From contig CACHWN010000001.1 in the NCBI GenBank assembly GCA_902583585.1, positions 32,831 through 96,830 on the forward strand: DNA of 64,000 bases. Reading direction: 5' to 3'. Made by a program: the position numbers and the translations under genes. The notes below the pieces were generated by a model that was not told where the DNA came from, did not search any database, and saw nothing but the letters and a program-made list of their open reading frames with translations. Source of the DNA: an uncultured Pelagibacteraceae bacterium (GTDB lineage Bacteria; Pseudomonadota; Alphaproteobacteria; Pelagibacterales; Pelagibacteraceae). This document shows, piece by piece, positions 40,612 to 50,972 of this stretch. How positions within the stretch are numbered: position 1 is the first letter of the stretch; each line of letters begins with the position of its first letter.

Positions 40612-40932
40612 ATGCCTAAAATAACTTATAAAGATTACCATGGAACTTCAAAAACCATTGAAGTTGACAACGGCCTTTCAGTAATGGAGGGAGCTATTCA
40701 AAAAGATATTCCAGGAATAGATGCAGATTGTGGAGGCTCGATGGCTTGTGCTACATGTCATGTTTATGTCGAAGATAAATGGTTTGATAAAATTCCAAAG
40801 GCAGAGGATGCCGAAAACGATATGATTGATATGGCCTTTGAACCAAAAAAAAATAGCAGACTAAGCTGTCAAATAATCGTTAGTGATGAATTAGATGGTT
40901 TAGAAGTAACAACTCCAGAAAAACAAACTTAA
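40612..40932 (+). CDS. fdx: 2Fe-2S ferredoxin, adrenodoxin type
   Basis: CGGSMACATCHV...SRLSCQ. Confidence 0.93.
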   Translation: MPKITYKDYHGTSKTIEVDNGLSVMEGAIQKDIPGIDADCGGSMACATCHVYVEDKWFDKIPKAEDAENDMIDMAFEPKKNSRLSCQIIVSDELDGLEVTTPEKQT

Positions 40933-41945
40933 TGAAAAAAACAGATGTTATAATTATAGGTGCTGGCCCCGTAGGTCTTTTTGCAGTACATCAACTTGGT
41001 ATAAAAGGTCTTAAGGCAGTCGTGATTGATAACCTTGATAAAGCTGGTGGGCAATGTATAGAACTTTATCCAGACAAACCTATTTATGATATTCCGGCAG
41101 TTCCAGAATGCACTGGCGAACAACTAACTACAAGATTGCTGGAACAAATAAAACCATTTAAAACTGAATTATTTTTAAATGAAAGAGTTGATGAAGTTCA
41201 TCAAGAAAAAGAGAATTGGGTTGTAAAAACAAATAATCAAAAAGAATTTGTCGCTCCTAACATTATTATTGCAGGTGGAGTGGGCTCATTTGAACCTAGG
41301 AAAATATCATTAAAAGAAGCAGAGAAGTTAGAGGGCAAATCTGTATTTTATGCAGTAAGAAATAAAGAGCAATTTAAAAATAAAAAAATTTCAATCTTTG
41401 GGGGAGGAGACTCAGCTTTAGATTGGGCCTTAGAGCTTTCAAAATTTTCAAAAATAACTCTTATACATAGAAGAAACGAGTTTAGGGGAGCTCAGCACAC
41501 CCTCTCAGAAATAAGAAAACTCGAAAAAGAGGGAAAAGTAGCAATTAAAACTCCCTGTCAAATTGAGTCCTTAGATAACGAAAAAGAATTAAAATCTATT
41601 ACAATAAAGTTCGATGACGGAAAGAAAGAAAAAATTTTAACTGACGTAATGCTAGGTTTTTTTGGACTGATAATGAAACTTGGACCTATTGCTGAATGGG
41701 GATTAAATATGGATAAAAAAACTATTGAGGTAAATCCAGAAAATTTTGAAACGAATAAAAAAGGTATATTTGCAGCAGGTGATATTTGTTATTATCCAGG
41801 TAAACTAAAACTAATCCTTTCAGGATTCCATGAAGTTGCACTTGCATCTGTAGAGTGTTTTAAAAGAGCAAGGCCTAATGAAAAATATAGATTTGAATTC
41901 ACAACTTCCTCTAAAACTATACAAGATAGACTTGGAAAAAAATGA
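40932..41945 (+). CDS. Ferredoxin--NADP+ reductase, TrxB-like type
   Basis: GAGPVG, LYPDKPIYD, GGGDSALDW, YPGKLKLILSGF; no CxxC; coupled to fdx. Confidence 0.88.
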   Translation: MKKTDVIIIGAGPVGLFAVHQLGIKGLKAVVIDNLDKAGGQCIELYPDKPIYDIPAVPECTGEQLTTRLLEQIKPFKTELFLNERVDEVHQEKENWVVKTNNQKEFVAPNIIIAGGVGSFEPRKISLKEAEKLEGKSVFYAVRNKEQFKNKKISIFGGGDSALDWALELSKFSKITLIHRRNEFRGAQHTLSEIRKLEKEGKVAIKTPCQIESLDNEKELKSITIKFDDGKKEKILTDVMLGFFGLIMKLGPIAEWGLNMDKKTIEVNPENFETNKKGIFAAGDICYYPGKLKLILSGFHEVALASVECFKRARPNEKYRFEFTTSSKTIQDRLGKK

Positions 41946-42568
41946 TTGAACTTCTTACCGCTAACACCCCAAATGGTAAGAAAATATCAATCATGTTAGA
42001 AGAGATAGGTTTTGTTTACAAATTAACGAAAATTAATATTAACAAAGACGAACAATTTAAACCAGAGTTTAAAAAGATAAGTCCTTTTTGTAAAATTCCA
42101 GTAATTATTGATCACGATAATAATCAAAGCCTTTTTGAGTCTGGCGCTATTCTAATGTACTTGGGAGAAAAAAGTGGAAAATTCTATCACAAAAACAGTA
42201 GAACAATTATTAATCAATGGTTGATGGGACAGATGGCTTACGTAGGCCCGATGCTAGGACAGCATCATCAGTTTCATCATTACAATCCTGGAAAAAGTCA
42301 ATTTGGGGAAAAAAGATATTTTGAGATATCTACAAGAATTTATAAAGAATTGGATGATAGATTATCCGTATCTAGATTTCTTTCAGGATCGGAATACACT
42401 ATCGCAGATATTGCAACATTCCCATGGATTGCTAGACATGAATGGCATGATATTGGTTTAAAAAGATATAAACATTTAACAAGATGGTATGAGGAAATAT
42501 CATCAAGGGAAGCTGTCAAAAAAGGTTTCGATTTATTAAAAAAGGGAGAACAAATCCCTAAACCTTAA
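41942..42568 (+). CDS. Glutathione S-transferase family protein (YfcG-like)
   Basis: TPNGKK, KIPVI, LFESGAIL, YTIADIATFPW. Confidence 0.9.
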   Translation: MIELLTANTPNGKKISIMLEEIGFVYKLTKININKDEQFKPEFKKISPFCKIPVIIDHDNNQSLFESGAILMYLGEKSGKFYHKNSRTIINQWLMGQMAYVGPMLGQHHQFHHYNPGKSQFGEKRYFEISTRIYKELDDRLSVSRFLSGSEYTIADIATFPWIARHEWHDIGLKRYKHLTRWYEEISSREAVKKGFDLLKKGEQIPKP

Positions 42569-42990
42569 TCATCAATAAAAATTTTTTCATCTCTTTCATG
42601 ACGTTCCTGAGCTTCAATAGAGAGCGTTGCTACTGGCCTGGCCATTAGTCTTTTTAACCCAATAGGCTCTCCTGTCTCCTCACAAAATCCGTACGTACCA
42701 TCTTTTAATCTTTGTAAAGCAGAGTTGATTTTAGAAATCAGTTTTCTACTTCTATTTAAAGCCTTCATTTCTACTGTTTTGTCAGTATAGGATGAGGCTT
42801 GGTCAACTATATCTGCAGAAGATACATTATCATCAGCTGAATTTAACAAATTACCAAGGTTATTTGATCTGATTATTTCTTTTTTCCAATTAATCAACTC
42901 ATCAGTGAAAAACTTTTTATGTTTCGCACACATATATTTTTCTTTAGAGTTTGGAATGTATTTTTTTCTAGAAATTGTTTTTTTCGCCAT
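42565..42990 (-). CDS. dksA: RNA polymerase-binding transcription factor DksA
   Basis: DxxDxA coiled-coil tip (DIVDQA), YGFCEETGEPIGLKRLMARP (alphaproteobacterial type). Confidence 0.93.
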   Translation of the reverse strand: MAKKTISRKKYIPNSKEKYMCAKHKKFFTDELINWKKEIIRSNNLGNLLNSADDNVSSADIVDQASSYTDKTVEMKALNRSRKLISKINSALQRLKDGTYGFCEETGEPIGLKRLMARPVATLSIEAQERHERDEKIFIDD

Positions 42991-43062
42991 TTTATGAATT
43001 TCGCGAGTATATGTTTGATTTTAGCCATGTCAATAGCTTATAAATTGTAATAATTTTGATTA

Positions 43063-44433
43063 ATGATTGTAAAAAAAAACATACATAAAATTTATTTTTT
43101 ATTTCTATTGTTTCATTTAATAATGTGGACATTAATTCCAACTTTAACAAATGTAAATTTACCGTTGGATACGATCGAGGCATTAGCCTGGGGAAGCAAT
43201 ATAGATTGGGGTTTTAATAAACATCCGCCATTTAGTGCGATTGCTGTAAATCTTTTTTATGTAATTTTTGGAAATCAAGATTGGGCTTACTATCTTTTAA
43301 GCCAGATATTTATTATTTTAGGATTTATAGCAGTTTTTAAATTAGCTAATGAGTTTTTTAAAAATGATCATTTAGCATTTTTATCTGTAATATTATTAGA
43401 AGGAATTTTTTTCTTTAATTATACGTCCCCTGAATTTAATGTAAATGTTTCTCAATTACCATTTTGGGGGTTAAGTATTTTTTTCACGTGGCGCGTTATT
43501 AAATACAATAAATATTTAGACTCATTATTTTTAGGTCTATTTTTAGCGTTAGGCCTATTATCTAAATACCTTTTTCTATATTTAATACTTGGAATTTATT
43601 TCTTATTTATCTTTTTATTGTTTAAAAGAAAAATTAAGTTTTATAAAATACTAATTGTAAGTCTTCTTACTTTTATAATTTTTTTTCCTCATCTGATTTG
43701 GTTATTTAATAATGATTTTACTACCATAACTTATGGTTTTCAAAGAAGTGGAATTGAGAAAGGTTTCTTAAACCATTTTACCTCACCTATCATTTTCATA
43801 TTAAAACAAGTTGGAATTTTATCGCCATTTCTTTTAATGGTATTTTTTCTTTTAAAAAAAATAAAATTAAAAAAAATAAAATTAAATGATAAATTAATTT
43901 TTCTTTTATTTACATTTTTAGTCCCGATAACATTAATGATCCTTACTTCATTATTTACTGGGGCAAAAATACGAACAATGTGGATGACACCTTTTTATTT
44001 ATTTATAGGATTATTTTTTATTTATATCTTAAAAGAAAATATTATCTTAAAAAATCTTAACAAATTTTATATCATTTTTTTGTTCCTATTCTTTTTTTCA
44101 CCTATAACTTATGCTGTTGTATCTCTTACTAATGATTTTAAAAGAACCGATTATCCTGGAAAAGAGATTGCAAGATTAGTCCAGGACAGGTGGGACCAAA
44201 ATTTTTCTAATGATATAAAACTAGTTATAGGCGACGAATGGTATGCAGGTAATTTATCTTATCATTTAAACTCTCGACCAAAGTGGGTAATTGAATTAAA
44301 AGAAAATTCAAAAAATTTAAATGTTAGTGATGGTATAATTTATACTGGAAATCCAGAAATTTTAAAGAGTATTTGTCCTGGAGTTTTTGGAACAATTAAA
44401 CCGGTAGGTTATTGTATGATTGGTAGAAGATGA
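43063..44433 (+). CDS. GT-C fold membrane glycosyltransferase (ArnT/Rgt/PMT_2-like)
   Basis: About 11-12 TM helices, DTIEALAWG...WGFNKHPP, LSKY, PHLIWL. Confidence 0.8.
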   Translation: MIVKKNIHKIYFLFLLFHLIMWTLIPTLTNVNLPLDTIEALAWGSNIDWGFNKHPPFSAIAVNLFYVIFGNQDWAYYLLSQIFIILGFIAVFKLANEFFKNDHLAFLSVILLEGIFFFNYTSPEFNVNVSQLPFWGLSIFFTWRVIKYNKYLDSLFLGLFLALGLLSKYLFLYLILGIYFLFIFLLFKRKIKFYKILIVSLLTFIIFFPHLIWLFNNDFTTITYGFQRSGIEKGFLNHFTSPIIFILKQVGILSPFLLMVFFLLKKIKLKKIKLNDKLIFLLFTFLVPITLMILTSLFTGAKIRTMWMTPFYLFIGLFFIYILKENIILKNLNKFYIIFLFLFFFSPITYAVVSLTNDFKRTDYPGKEIARLVQDRWDQNFSNDIKLVIGDEWYAGNLSYHLNSRPKWVIELKENSKNLNVSDGIIYTGNPEILKSICPGVFGTIKPVGYCMIGRR

Positions 44434-45302
44434 AAAAAATAATTATTCTAGTACCTATATTTAATGACTGGGACTCGTTTCAAAAATTAATTTTAGAAAT
44501 TAACGAAAGTGTTAAAGATTTTAAGAACTTTTCTTTTGATTGCATTGTTGTCAATGATGCCTCTACAAATGAAACACCAAAATTGCGCAAACCAGATAAA
44601 ATTCACTCTCTTAAAATTTTAACTATGAAGAAAAATAAAGGTCACGCGAGATGTAATGCTTTCGGAATAAGATACATAAGCCAAAATGAAAATTTTGATT
44701 ACCTAATATTAATGGATGGTGACGGAGAGGATAGGCCTGTCGAGCTAAAAAGTATAATAAAAAAAATTTTAGAGAATCCCAATAAATCAGTTGTAGCTAA
44801 AAGAATAAAAAGATCCGAGGGGTTATTTTTCAAATTCTTATACTCCATGCACAAAATTATTACTCTAATATTTGCCGGAGAGAAAATTAATTTTGGTAAT
44901 TATACTTGTTTGACAAAAGAAAATGTTATTTTAATTTCCTCCAAAGGAAGCCTTTGGAGTAGTTATTCTGGCACTATTAAAAAATATATCAAAGATTTTG
45001 ATACTGTAGACTCAATTAGGGGCAATAGGTATGTTGGACCATCAAAAATGTCTCTTTATACACTTATAATTCATTCATTTTCGATAATAGCTGTATTTAA
45101 GTTTCAAGTTTTAACAAGATCAATTTTTATAATTTTAGTATTAATGTTTTTTAAAACAAAATTAGGGATAATTTCAATTTTTTTTCAATCTGTAGTCTTT
45201 TTATTTTGTATTATGATTTACCTAGTATCACTAAGAGAAAAAAAAGATGAATTAATTTCAAGTCAAGAAAATTTAAAGAATATACAAAATATAATACACT
45301 GA
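44430..45302 (+). CDS. GT2 family glycosyltransferase (polyprenyl-phosphate sugar synthase-like)
   Basis: VPIFND, VVNDAS, NKGH, MDGDGED, C-terminal TM helices. Confidence 0.82.
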   Translation: MKKIIILVPIFNDWDSFQKLILEINESVKDFKNFSFDCIVVNDASTNETPKLRKPDKIHSLKILTMKKNKGHARCNAFGIRYISQNENFDYLILMDGDGEDRPVELKSIIKKILENPNKSVVAKRIKRSEGLFFKFLYSMHKIITLIFAGEKINFGNYTCLTKENVILISSKGSLWSSYSGTIKKYIKDFDTVDSIRGNRYVGPSKMSLYTLIIHSFSIIAVFKFQVLTRSIFIILVLMFFKTKLGIISIFFQSVVFLFCIMIYLVSLREKKDELISSQENLKNIQNIIH

Positions 45303-45427
45303 AAAGTAGTAATTTGAGTCTTAATTGGAATCAAAACAGAATCAAAAGGTGAACATTTTAAGTAGATTTTGCACTATTGTGGATAATAAAAAACACAGGT
45401 AGTTTAACGATTGCTCTAAAAAAATTT

Positions 45428-45787
45428 ATGAAAATACTAAAATGTCATTGCGGGCTGGTTGAGGCTCAAATCAATATTCAAAGTTTTGAAAAAATTCTTA
45501 GATGTAATTGTTCAATTTGCAAAAGAAAAGGAACCGTTATGTCTATGGTAAAAAATGAGGATTTCAAAATTATAAAAGGGGAAGATAAGCTCAAGCTTTA
45601 TCAGTTTCACACTAAAGTTGCTAAACACTATTTTTGCTCTAATTGTGGAATTTATACCCATCACAATCCAAGAATAAATCCTGCGATGACAGGTTTTAAT
45701 ATGGGTTGTATTGATGAAGTTGACACATTCAAACTAAATAATATTTCTATAAACGATGGATACAATCACCCATTAGATAAAAAATAA
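45428..45787 (+). CDS. GFA/CENP-V family Zn-binding protein
   Basis: CHCG, CNCSICKR, FCSNCG; start moved from the TTG at 45377 to the ATG at 45428. Confidence 0.88.
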   Translation: MKILKCHCGLVEAQINIQSFEKILRCNCSICKRKGTVMSMVKNEDFKIIKGEDKLKLYQFHTKVAKHYFCSNCGIYTHHNPRINPAMTGFNMGCIDEVDTFKLNNISINDGYNHPLDKK

Positions 45788-45788
45788 T

Positions 45789-46706
45789 ATGCATAATACT
45801 AAAAAAAGCTTTAATCATATTAAAAAGAAATATTTAAAATATTTAAGATCGCAAGAAGTAGTGTCAGAACCATTTAGAGATAAATTAGGACAGTTAAATA
45901 ATTTTTTTTTACCTATAAGTGATAAAATTCACAGAAATTATTTAAATAATAAGAAAACAAAAATTATCGGTTTAACAGGCGGGCAAGGATCTGGAAAATC
46001 AACAATTTCTCAAATCCTAAAAATAATTTTAAAAGAAGGCTTTAATTTAAATACTGTTATATTTTCCATAGACGATTTTTACAAAACTTTGCAAGAAAGA
46101 GAGATAATGTCAAAAAAAATAAACCCACTTTTTTTAACTAGAGGAGTACCAGGCACACATAGTACTTCTCTCTTGTTAAAATGTTTAAAAAACCTTAAAA
46201 ATAAAAATTTTAAAAAATTTTCAATTCCAAAATTTGATAAATCGATTGATGACAGACTTTCTAAAAGATTTTGGCAAAATATTAAAACAAAACCAGATGT
46301 AGTAATATTTGAAGGTTGGTGTGTAGGAGCTTCCCCGCAAACAAATAAAGATTTAATAAAGCCAATAAATATACTAGAAAAAGAAAAAGATAAAAATAGA
46401 ACTTGGAGAAATTTTGTTAATAAAGAACTTAAAACTCGATATAAAAAAATCTTTAAATTAATTGATCTGATGATTTTTCTTAAAATACCGAGTTTCGAGT
46501 ATGTTTATAAGTGGAGATTATTACAAGAAAAAAAACTAAAAGTTACCTCTAAAGGTAAAAAAACTATGAGCAATAAACAAGTAAAAAATTTTATTATGTT
46601 TTATGAGCGAGTTACAAAGCATATGCTAAAAAATTTTTCTAAAAAAGCAAAGTTTGTAATTAATATAGATAGTAGCCATAGACTGAAATCAATAAAATTT
46701 AATTAA
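45789..46706 (+). CDS. P-loop kinase, D-glycerate 3-kinase (GLYK)-like
   Basis: GGQGSGKST, SIDDFY, RGVPGTH, PKFDKSIDDR, FEGWCVG, WRLLQE. Confidence 0.7.
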   Translation: MHNTKKSFNHIKKKYLKYLRSQEVVSEPFRDKLGQLNNFFLPISDKIHRNYLNNKKTKIIGLTGGQGSGKSTISQILKIILKEGFNLNTVIFSIDDFYKTLQEREIMSKKINPLFLTRGVPGTHSTSLLLKCLKNLKNKNFKKFSIPKFDKSIDDRLSKRFWQNIKTKPDVVIFEGWCVGASPQTNKDLIKPINILEKEKDKNRTWRNFVNKELKTRYKKIFKLIDLMIFLKIPSFEYVYKWRLLQEKKLKVTSKGKKTMSNKQVKNFIMFYERVTKHMLKNFSKKAKFVINIDSSHRLKSIKFN

Positions 46707-47996
46707 ATGCAAAATATTCTTTTTATTCTATTTATTTTATTTACATTTTCCAAGCTTAATGCTGAACAAGGCTTTAGTTTTTATTTAAATAAAGCTTTAG
46801 AAAATAATTTACAATTGAAAGCAGAAAGAAAAAAATTAGACTCTGCTAAACAAAGTAAAAATATATCTAGAAGTGAATTTTTACCTAGTGTTACCATCTC
46901 AGGAGATCAGACAAGCTTAACTTCGTCTAATAGAACTAATCAAAATGGATCAAGTTTAGCCGATACAAATCTTGACTCGGAAACTAAAAAAATATCAATA
47001 GAGCAAAAAATTTTTTCAGGCTTCAAAGGTTTAAATACTTTTAAAAAATCTGATTTAGAAACGCAAAGAGCTAATTTAGAACTCAAAGAAAAAGAGCAAA
47101 AAACCATTCTTGATACTGCATTTGCCTATTATGATCTGATCTATAAGACTAAAAATGAAAAAGTAAATATGTCAAACGTGAATTTATTTGAGAGACAGGT
47201 AGAGTTCGATAATGCTAGAATGCAAAAAGGAGAAGTAAGTCTTACGGATTTAGCTCAATCAGAGTCTTCTCTTGCGGGCGCTAATGCAAATCTTATAAAA
47301 GCAAAAACTGAGCTTTTATCATCAATATCGAATTTTGAAAGAGTAACGAGAGAGAGCGCACCAAATATCGAAAATTTAAATGGAAAAGTAATTTTAGCGT
47401 TGCCAAATTCCCTAAAATCTGCTCAAGAAATATCTAAACTAAATAATATAAACCTCTTAATTTCTAAAATAAATTATGAAATTTCTAAAAAGGAGCTTAA
47501 TATAGAAAGATCTAGGTTTTCTCCAACTGCTTCGATTGAAGTATCTAAAACTGAAAATAATGATTTTAGTTCAACAATAGATGAACAAGATGAGGAAAAA
47601 GTGAAGGCAACAATAACATGGCCTATAATTAAAGGAGGTGAAAATATTTCCTCAATTAAAAAATCAACTTTTAACAAACAACGTTACCAACTTCTTTTAC
47701 AGGATACAAAAAATAAGATAAATATAGACACTTCAAATTCATGGTCTAAATATCAATCATCCAAAAGTGTGCTCAAAGCCACTAGAGCTCAACTTAAAGC
47801 GGCTGAAATAGCTAATGAGGGAATTACACTTGAGTATGACTCTGGTAATTCTCGTACTACTCTCGAGGTTATTCAGTCAAGAAGTCTGTTATTTGAAGCT
47901 AGAATAGCCTTCGCACTAGCAGAGAGAGACTTTATGATTTCTCAATTTGAGCTAGCCAAGCAAATTGGAACTTTATCTAAAAAATCCATTAAATAG
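46707..47996 (+). CDS. tolC: TolC-family outer membrane efflux protein
   Basis: Signal peptide, ALENN, two OEP repeats, GxRTTLEV near the C-terminus. Confidence 0.85.
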   Translation: MQNILFILFILFTFSKLNAEQGFSFYLNKALENNLQLKAERKKLDSAKQSKNISRSEFLPSVTISGDQTSLTSSNRTNQNGSSLADTNLDSETKKISIEQKIFSGFKGLNTFKKSDLETQRANLELKEKEQKTILDTAFAYYDLIYKTKNEKVNMSNVNLFERQVEFDNARMQKGEVSLTDLAQSESSLAGANANLIKAKTELLSSISNFERVTRESAPNIENLNGKVILALPNSLKSAQEISKLNNINLLISKINYEISKKELNIERSRFSPTASIEVSKTENNDFSSTIDEQDEEKVKATITWPIIKGGENISSIKKSTFNKQRYQLLLQDTKNKINIDTSNSWSKYQSSKSVLKATRAQLKAAEIANEGITLEYDSGNSRTTLEVIQSRSLLFEARIAFALAERDFMISQFELAKQIGTLSKKSIK

Positions 47997-48035
47997 CCCC
48001 TATTTACAGAGGTTATTTAAAGTTCTTGAAAAAAA

Positions 48036-48050
48036 GAACAAAATGTGTAC
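48036..48050 (+). promoter_or_regulatory. LexA (SOS) box, alphaproteobacterial type
   Basis: GAAC-AAAATGT-GTAC (GAAC-N7-GTAC) 38 nt upstream of recA, just after a TTGAAA -35-like hexamer. Confidence 0.8.
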
Positions 48051-48088
48051 ATTTAATATAACGATTCGAACAATAAAAAAGGAAAAAA

Positions 48089-49192
48089 ATGACAAAAAAT
48101 AACTTAAAAGTAGTCAAATCAGACAACAAAAAACAACAAGAATTAAAAGAGAAAAACAAGTCACTAGAGGCTGCAATAAGCCAAATTGATCAAAACTTCG
48201 GTAAAGGTTCAGTAATGAGGTTGGGTCAACAACAGGCGTTAGATGTTGAAGCTATTTCAACAGGTTCATTGAGCTTAGATTTAGCATTAGGAATAGGAGG
48301 TTTACCTAAAGGTAGAATTATTGAAATTTATGGACCAGAGTCTTCTGGTAAAACTACTTTAGCTTTGCAGGTTGTTGCAGAAGCTCAAAAAGCTGGCGGA
48401 ATTTGCGCATTTGTTGATGCAGAGCATGCAATGGATCCAGTATACGCAAAAAAACTAGGAGTAAAGACTGAGGAATTATTAATTTCTCAACCAGATACTG
48501 GGGAACAGGCTTTAGAAATTACTGATACATTAATAAAATCAGGATCAGTATCTGTATTAGTTGTTGACTCAGTAGCAGCACTAACTCCTAAGGCAGAATT
48601 AGAGGGAGAAATGGGAGATCATCATGTTGGTTTGCAATCTAGACTAATGAGTCAAGCTTTAAGAAAAATTACAGGGTCAGTTTCCAAATCAAATACAATG
48701 GTAATCTTTATAAACCAAATAAGAATGAAGATTGGAGTTATGTTTGGTAATCCAGAAACTACATCAGGTGGAAATGCATTAAAATTTTACTCATCTGTGA
48801 GAATGGATATTAGAAGAATAGGGGCAATTAAAGAAAAAGATCAAATTATAGGTAATTCTACAAGAGTAAAAGTAATTAAAAACAAAGTGGCTCCACCATT
48901 TAAAGTTGTTGAGTTTGACTTAATGTACGGAAAAGGAATAAGCAAGTTAGGTGAATTAATAGACCTTGGCACTAAGGCTGGTGTAGTTGAAAAATCAGGA
49001 GCTTGGTATGCTTACAAGGGTGAAAAAATAGGTCAAGGAAGAGAAAATGCCAAAATTTATCTTCAAAAAAACCCTAACGTCGCTGCAGAGATAGAAAAAA
49101 TAATTAGAGATGAAGCTTCAGCGATCAGTAAAGAGCTAGAGGGTAATCCTTCAGCAAACGAAAAAATTAGCGATAAAAAAGAGGAAGATTAA
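48089..49192 (+). CDS. recA: Recombinase A
   Basis: [38 protein letters not shown]. Confidence 0.99.
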   Translation: MTKNNLKVVKSDNKKQQELKEKNKSLEAAISQIDQNFGKGSVMRLGQQQALDVEAISTGSLSLDLALGIGGLPKGRIIEIYGPESSGKTTLALQVVAEAQKAGGICAFVDAEHAMDPVYAKKLGVKTEELLISQPDTGEQALEITDTLIKSGSVSVLVVDSVAALTPKAELEGEMGDHHVGLQSRLMSQALRKITGSVSKSNTMVIFINQIRMKIGVMFGNPETTSGGNALKFYSSVRMDIRRIGAIKEKDQIIGNSTRVKVIKNKVAPPFKVVEFDLMYGKGISKLGELIDLGTKAGVVEKSGAWYAYKGEKIGQGRENAKIYLQKNPNVAAEIEKIIRDEASAISKELEGNPSANEKISDKKEED

Positions 49193-49210
49193 TTCCTCAG
49201 CCATCATTTC

Positions 49211-49241
49211 AACGGGAGGTTTAATTTAAATCTCCCGTTTC
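49211..49241 (+). terminator. Probable terminator hairpin after recA
   Basis: Stem aacgggaggttt / aaatctcccgtt with a short T-rich tail. Confidence 0.65.
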
Positions 49242-49366
49242 TCGTGAAAACTCAACTTAGAATTGACTATAACTATATTTAGTAGTCTGAAAAAAAGTGT
49301 CAAAAATACAAGTATACAATCCAGTTCAGATTGGTTTTAATAAGAGTATTAAACAAAGGGGGAAAA

Positions 49367-50920
49367 ATGAGTACACAACAAGCATCAAGCTCGAAAGTGT
49401 CTTCATCTTTAGATACCTCTCATTTGAAGGTTAAATTTCCATTTAAAGCTAAATATGGAAACTACATCAACGGAAAATTTGTAGAACCTAAATCTGGAAA
49501 GTATTTTGATAATACTACTCCTATCACTAATGAAGTTATCTGTAAGGTGCCACGATCGAATGAAAAGGACGTAGATTTTGCTCTTGACGCAGCCCATGCA
49601 GCATTTCCTGCTTGGGGAAAAACATCAATCACTGAGAGATCAAATATACTCTTAAAGATTGCTGATGTCATAGAGAAAAATCTAAACGTTTTAGCTACAG
49701 CGGAATGTCTAGACAATGGTAAGCCAATTAGAGAATGTATGGCTGCTGATTTACCTTTAGTAATTGATCATTGGAGATATTTTGCAGGAGTAATAAGAGC
49801 AGAGGAAGGATCAGTTGCTGAAATCAGTAACAGCGAATATTCTTACCACATACCAGAACCACTAGGTGTAGTTGGTCAGATTATACCTTGGAACTTCCCA
49901 TTATTAATGGCTACATGGAAACTAGCTCCAGCATTGGCAGCAGGTAACTGTGTAGTATTAAAACCAGCTGAACAAACACCAGCATCGATTATGCTTTTAA
50001 TGGAACTTATTGGAGATCTATTACCAGCAGGTGTTGTAAACGTTGTAAGCGGTTATGGTCTTGAAGCAGGTAAACCTTTGGCTTCTTCAAAAAGAATTAA
50101 GAAGATTGCTTTTACAGGTGAAACTACTACTGGACGTTTGATTATGCAGTATGCATCTCAAAACTTAATACCAATTACATTGGAATTAGGTGGTAAATCG
50201 CCAAATATTTTCTTCGAAGATGTTATGGCTAAAGATGACGACTTCTTTGACAAATGTTTAGAAGGTTTTGCTATGTTTACACTAAACCAAGGAGAAGTTT
50301 GTACTTGTCCAAGCAGAGCTTTAATTCAAAAATCTATCTATGATAAGTTCATGGAAAAAGCGATTGCAAGAACTAAAGCTGTGAAACAAGACAATCCTTT
50401 AAAAATGGAAACTATGATTGGAGCTCAAGCTTCCTTAGAACAAATGGAAAAAATTAAGTCTTATCTAGACTTGGGAAAAAAAGAAGGTGCCAAAGTTCTA
50501 TGTGGTGGAAGCGAAGCCAAGATTAATAGCGGTTTGGAAAAAGGAAACTATATCCAACCGACAATTTTCGAAGGTAAAAATAATATGCGAATTTTCCAAG
50601 AAGAGATCTTTGGACCAGTTGTATCAGTTACAACTTTTAAAGATGAGAAAGAAGCATTAGAAATAGCTAATGACACTCTTTATGGATTAGGAGCGGGTGT
50701 TTGGACTAGAGATGGAAACATTGCATACAGAATGGGTAGAGGTATAGAGGCAGGTAGAGTTTGGACAAACTGTTACCACGCATACCCTGCACACGCTGCA
50801 TTTGGTGGGTACAAACAATCTGGTATCGGAAGAGAAACTCACAAAATGATGTTGAATCATTATAGACAGGTTAAGAATTTACACGTGTCTTACAGTGAGA
50901 AAAAATTAGGCTTCTTTTAA
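49367..50920 (+). CDS. aldB: NAD-dependent aldehyde (acetaldehyde) dehydrogenase, AldB/AcoD type
   Basis: [35 protein letters not shown]; ATG at 49367 has a GGGGG SD. Confidence 0.88.
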   Translation: MSTQQASSSKVSSSLDTSHLKVKFPFKAKYGNYINGKFVEPKSGKYFDNTTPITNEVICKVPRSNEKDVDFALDAAHAAFPAWGKTSITERSNILLKIADVIEKNLNVLATAECLDNGKPIRECMAADLPLVIDHWRYFAGVIRAEEGSVAEISNSEYSYHIPEPLGVVGQIIPWNFPLLMATWKLAPALAAGNCVVLKPAEQTPASIMLLMELIGDLLPAGVVNVVSGYGLEAGKPLASSKRIKKIAFTGETTTGRLIMQYASQNLIPITLELGGKSPNIFFEDVMAKDDDFFDKCLEGFAMFTLNQGEVCTCPSRALIQKSIYDKFMEKAIARTKAVKQDNPLKMETMIGAQASLEQMEKIKSYLDLGKKEGAKVLCGGSEAKINSGLEKGNYIQPTIFEGKNNMRIFQEEIFGPVVSVTTFKDEKEALEIANDTLYGLGAGVWTRDGNIAYRMGRGIEAGRVWTNCYHAYPAHAAFGGYKQSGIGRETHKMMLNHYRQVKNLHVSYSEKKLGFF

Positions 50921-50935
50921 CCAATAATATATAAT

Positions 50936-50961
50936 GGCCCATGATTCTTTGATCATGGGCC
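50936..50961 (+). other. Perfect 10-bp intergenic hairpin without U-tail
   Basis: ggcccatgat-tctttg-atcatgggcc. Confidence 0.7.
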
Positions 50962-50972
50962 GAAATATACAA

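Noticed and set aside
42992-43183. 63-aa minus-strand ORF directly upstream of dksA
   Set aside because: It overlaps the start of the GT-C gene on the other strand and the divergent promoter region, and has no recognisable features.
45377-45427. N-terminal extension of the GFA protein from the TTG at 45377
   Set aside because: The family domain begins right after the ATG at 45428; the extension looks like non-coding spacer.
49331-49366. Longer aldB start at TTG 49331 and the small inverted repeat TTTAATA-AGAG-TATTAAA
   Set aside because: A good SD precedes ATG 49367; the repeat arms are all A/T and too weak to call an operator.
50934-50972. DUF779 start at ATG 50934
   Set aside because: It would begin at the base of a stable hairpin and add non-family residues; ATG 50973 is more plausible.
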